Positions 62,456 through 64,000 of a stretch of DNA of 64,000 nt are shown here, in pieces. Position numbers and translations under genes: made by a program. The notes below the pieces were generated by a model, which ran no database searches, was not told the origin of the DNA, and saw nothing but the letters and a program-made list of their open reading frames with translations. Source of the stretch: Candidatus Aegiribacteria sp. (GTDB lineage Bacteria > Fermentibacterota > Fermentibacteria > Fermentibacterales > JCC-6); contig JAUXIK010000001.1 of the NCBI GenBank assembly GCA_030620995.1, forward strand, positions 65,796 to 129,795, read 5' to 3'. Numbering within the stretch: position 1 is the stretch's first letter; every line of letters starts with the position of its first letter.

Positions 62456-63370
62456 ATGAAATATACCATTATTGTATTGACAGTTATTTTGACGGCTCTA
62501 TTTACGGCATGTGGAAGCAATCCTTCGGAGATCGAACAATGGCCGGATGGAGCATATCTTTATCTTGCCGGCAACTACCCTGATACAGCTCTTGCCTGGT
62601 CACCATATGGAGGCGTTCTTCTGTTTACGTCGTATAGCGGTACATCCCCGTGCTTATATGGTTTCGATGGATTTGGACCCCCTGCACTCATGACATGCTC
62701 CAACCTGAACGAATCAGTTGGGGCAACAGGCTGCTGGAGTGCATCCGAAGGCAAAGTCGTTTTCACGACTTTTTCCGGAAACACAAACTCGGATATATGT
62801 ACTATTCCGGGAAACACCGGATATCTCACCGTTATACTTAGTGATGGTCTGAAACACCTTCATCCAACATGGTCACCGAACAGTGATTCGCTGCTTTTCT
62901 GTACATATTCCGATGCATACTGGGGCCTCTGGAAGGCGGAGTACAGCACGGATAGTATTACATGCAATTCTTTCTATACTCCATCTTCTGATTGCCTGCG
63001 CCCTTCATATTCACCTGATGGACAGTGGATTCTATTTCAGGTTAATGACGGTACGCAGTCAGATATCTGGCTCATCCACCCGGATGGTTCAAATCCTCAT
63101 GCCGTCATTGAAAACAGTTCTGATGATATTCATCCGTGCTGGGGACCCGAGAATGATTGGTTCGCCTTCTCATCGGACAGATCAGGACAATGGGATATCT
63201 GGATCAGTGATCTTGATGGTAATACACTTGTTCAGATTACTGATGATCCGGGAAAGGATATATACCCGGCCTGGAATCCTGAATACGGCTGGTTTGCCTT
63301 CTCGTCGGACAGAGTAGGTGGTGCAGAGAATTATGACATCTTCTCAATCGATGCCCCCGTTTTTAAATAG
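62456..63370 (+). CDS. TolB-like PD40 beta-propeller lipoprotein
   Basis: The start is re-called to the ATG at 62456 (MKYTIIVLTVILTALFTACG), which has a GGAG SD. It has repeated WSP(D/N)G...F.S.R....DI(W/F) PD40 units. Confidence 0.8.
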   Translation: MKYTIIVLTVILTALFTACGSNPSEIEQWPDGAYLYLAGNYPDTALAWSPYGGVLLFTSYSGTSPCLYGFDGFGPPALMTCSNLNESVGATGCWSASEGKVVFTTFSGNTNSDICTIPGNTGYLTVILSDGLKHLHPTWSPNSDSLLFCTYSDAYWGLWKAEYSTDSITCNSFYTPSSDCLRPSYSPDGQWILFQVNDGTQSDIWLIHPDGSNPHAVIENSSDDIHPCWGPENDWFAFSSDRSGQWDIWISDLDGNTLVQITDDPGKDIYPAWNPEYGWFAFSSDRVGGAENYDIFSIDAPVFK

Positions 63371-63391
63371 TGACAGGCACTATTTATTTTT
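63365..63391 (+). terminator. hairpin plus T-run between convergent genes
   Basis: aaatagtg pairs with cactattt around loop acagg, followed by atttttc. It overlaps both stop codons. Confidence 0.4.
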
Positions 63392-64000
63392 CAACGGTCT
63401 TCCTCGTTTTTTTCTGGATAAATCATAACCTGTTATTGTTTCAACTCTTGCGATGAACGATTCATCTCCATATGGTTTTCCTGACAGGGTAGTCTTCCTT
63501 ATATTATTCAACTCGTCAATATCCATTTCCGAAGCGAATATATTATCCCAGTTGTTTGATAGATTCAATAATCTATCGTCATTAACAAGAGGATCACGAT
63601 AGATCTTCCTCATAAAATATAGAGCACTCGACCACCTGTAATCTTCCACCCGTGTAACCAGACCTGCACGAACTGGATTTTGATGGATATAACGAGCTGC
63701 TGCCTGGCAGTGTTTCCAATCCATAGGTGTTGAATAAAATCTCTCTCCGAATAGATAACCTTTCAATCCCAGTTTCTTATTGAACATTTGTGTATAAGTA
63801 TGGTGAGCTATTCCTATTGCTCTGGCAAGACTATCTTTCTCCTGTGGAATAGCAACCAGGTGAATATGGGTTTTCATAAGACACCAGCAGCAGAACCGCA
63901 CTCCATACTTCTTCCCCATTTCGGAAATGATTCTCATATATGCGATTCTATCCCTGTCTGTATTGAAGATAGGCATAGACCGCACACCACGTTGTGTAAC
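63380..64000 (-). CDS. IS200/IS605-like Y1 transposase homolog of REP-associated (RAYT) type, 5'-truncated by the window edge
   Basis: It has the HUH motif THIHLVA and the catalytic Tyr context ARYIHQNPVRAGL ... YRWSS. The frame stays open upstream of the listed Met (VTQRGVRSMPIF) to position 64000. Confidence 0.8.
   Translation of the reverse strand, partial: VTQRGVRSMPIFNTDRDRIAYMRIISEMGKKYGVRFCCWCLMKTHIHLVAIPQEKDSLARAIGIAHHTYTQMFNKKLGLKGYLFGERFYSTPMDWKHCQAAARYIHQNPVRAGLVTRVEDYRWSSALYFMRKIYRDPLVNDDRLLNLSNNWDNIFASEMDIDELNNIRKTTLSGKPYGDESFIARVETITGYDLSRKKRGRPLKNK

Overview
This 64-kb window looks like the chromosome of a diderm, probably anaerobic bacterium. Evidence for a diderm is an Omp85-type barrel, LpoB-like and TolB-like lipoproteins and RseP. 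Evidence for anaerobic metabolism is a four-subunit 2-oxoacid:ferredoxin oxidoreductase, a split transketolase and ATP-PEPCK. I cannot assign a lineage without a database search. About 70 protein genes are packed tightly, mostly on the minus strand. The recognisable core includes these syntenic blocks: rpsB-tsf-pyrH-frr-uppS-cdsA-dxr-rseP; rplM-rpsI; recX-recA-thpR-pncC-pgpA-pgsA-recR-ybaB-dnaX preceded by SRP RNA; ispE-tRNAGln-ctc-pth; and murA, pckA, pcrA and deoC. I read four tRNAs by hand, all with encoded CCA: Phe-GAA, Ala-CGC, Ser-GGA and Gln-UUG. I also found a large Alu-domain (Bacillus-type) SRP RNA that the ORF track covers with spurious ORFs. No CRISPR array, prophage, integrase or recognisable defence system was found. 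The best candidates for something undescribed are listed below. (1) A four-gene membrane operon at 2931-6587 looks like a duplicated two-gene module with no family signature I recognise, and a paralogous fragment sits at the left window edge. (2) An envelope cluster at 12770-18682 is centred on a roughly 990-aa gluzincin-peptidase / TolB-propeller / Omp85-barrel fusion. (3) A 64-nt tandem repeat with nested inverted repeats at 47781-47931 lies upstream of an orphan small gene that looks AT-rich. (4) An MFS / membrane protein / B12-radical-SAM trio lies at 43833-47772. Several start codons were re-called from Shine-Dalgarno context. RNA ends and starts are hand estimates, and all functional calls rest on motifs I could read, not on searches.
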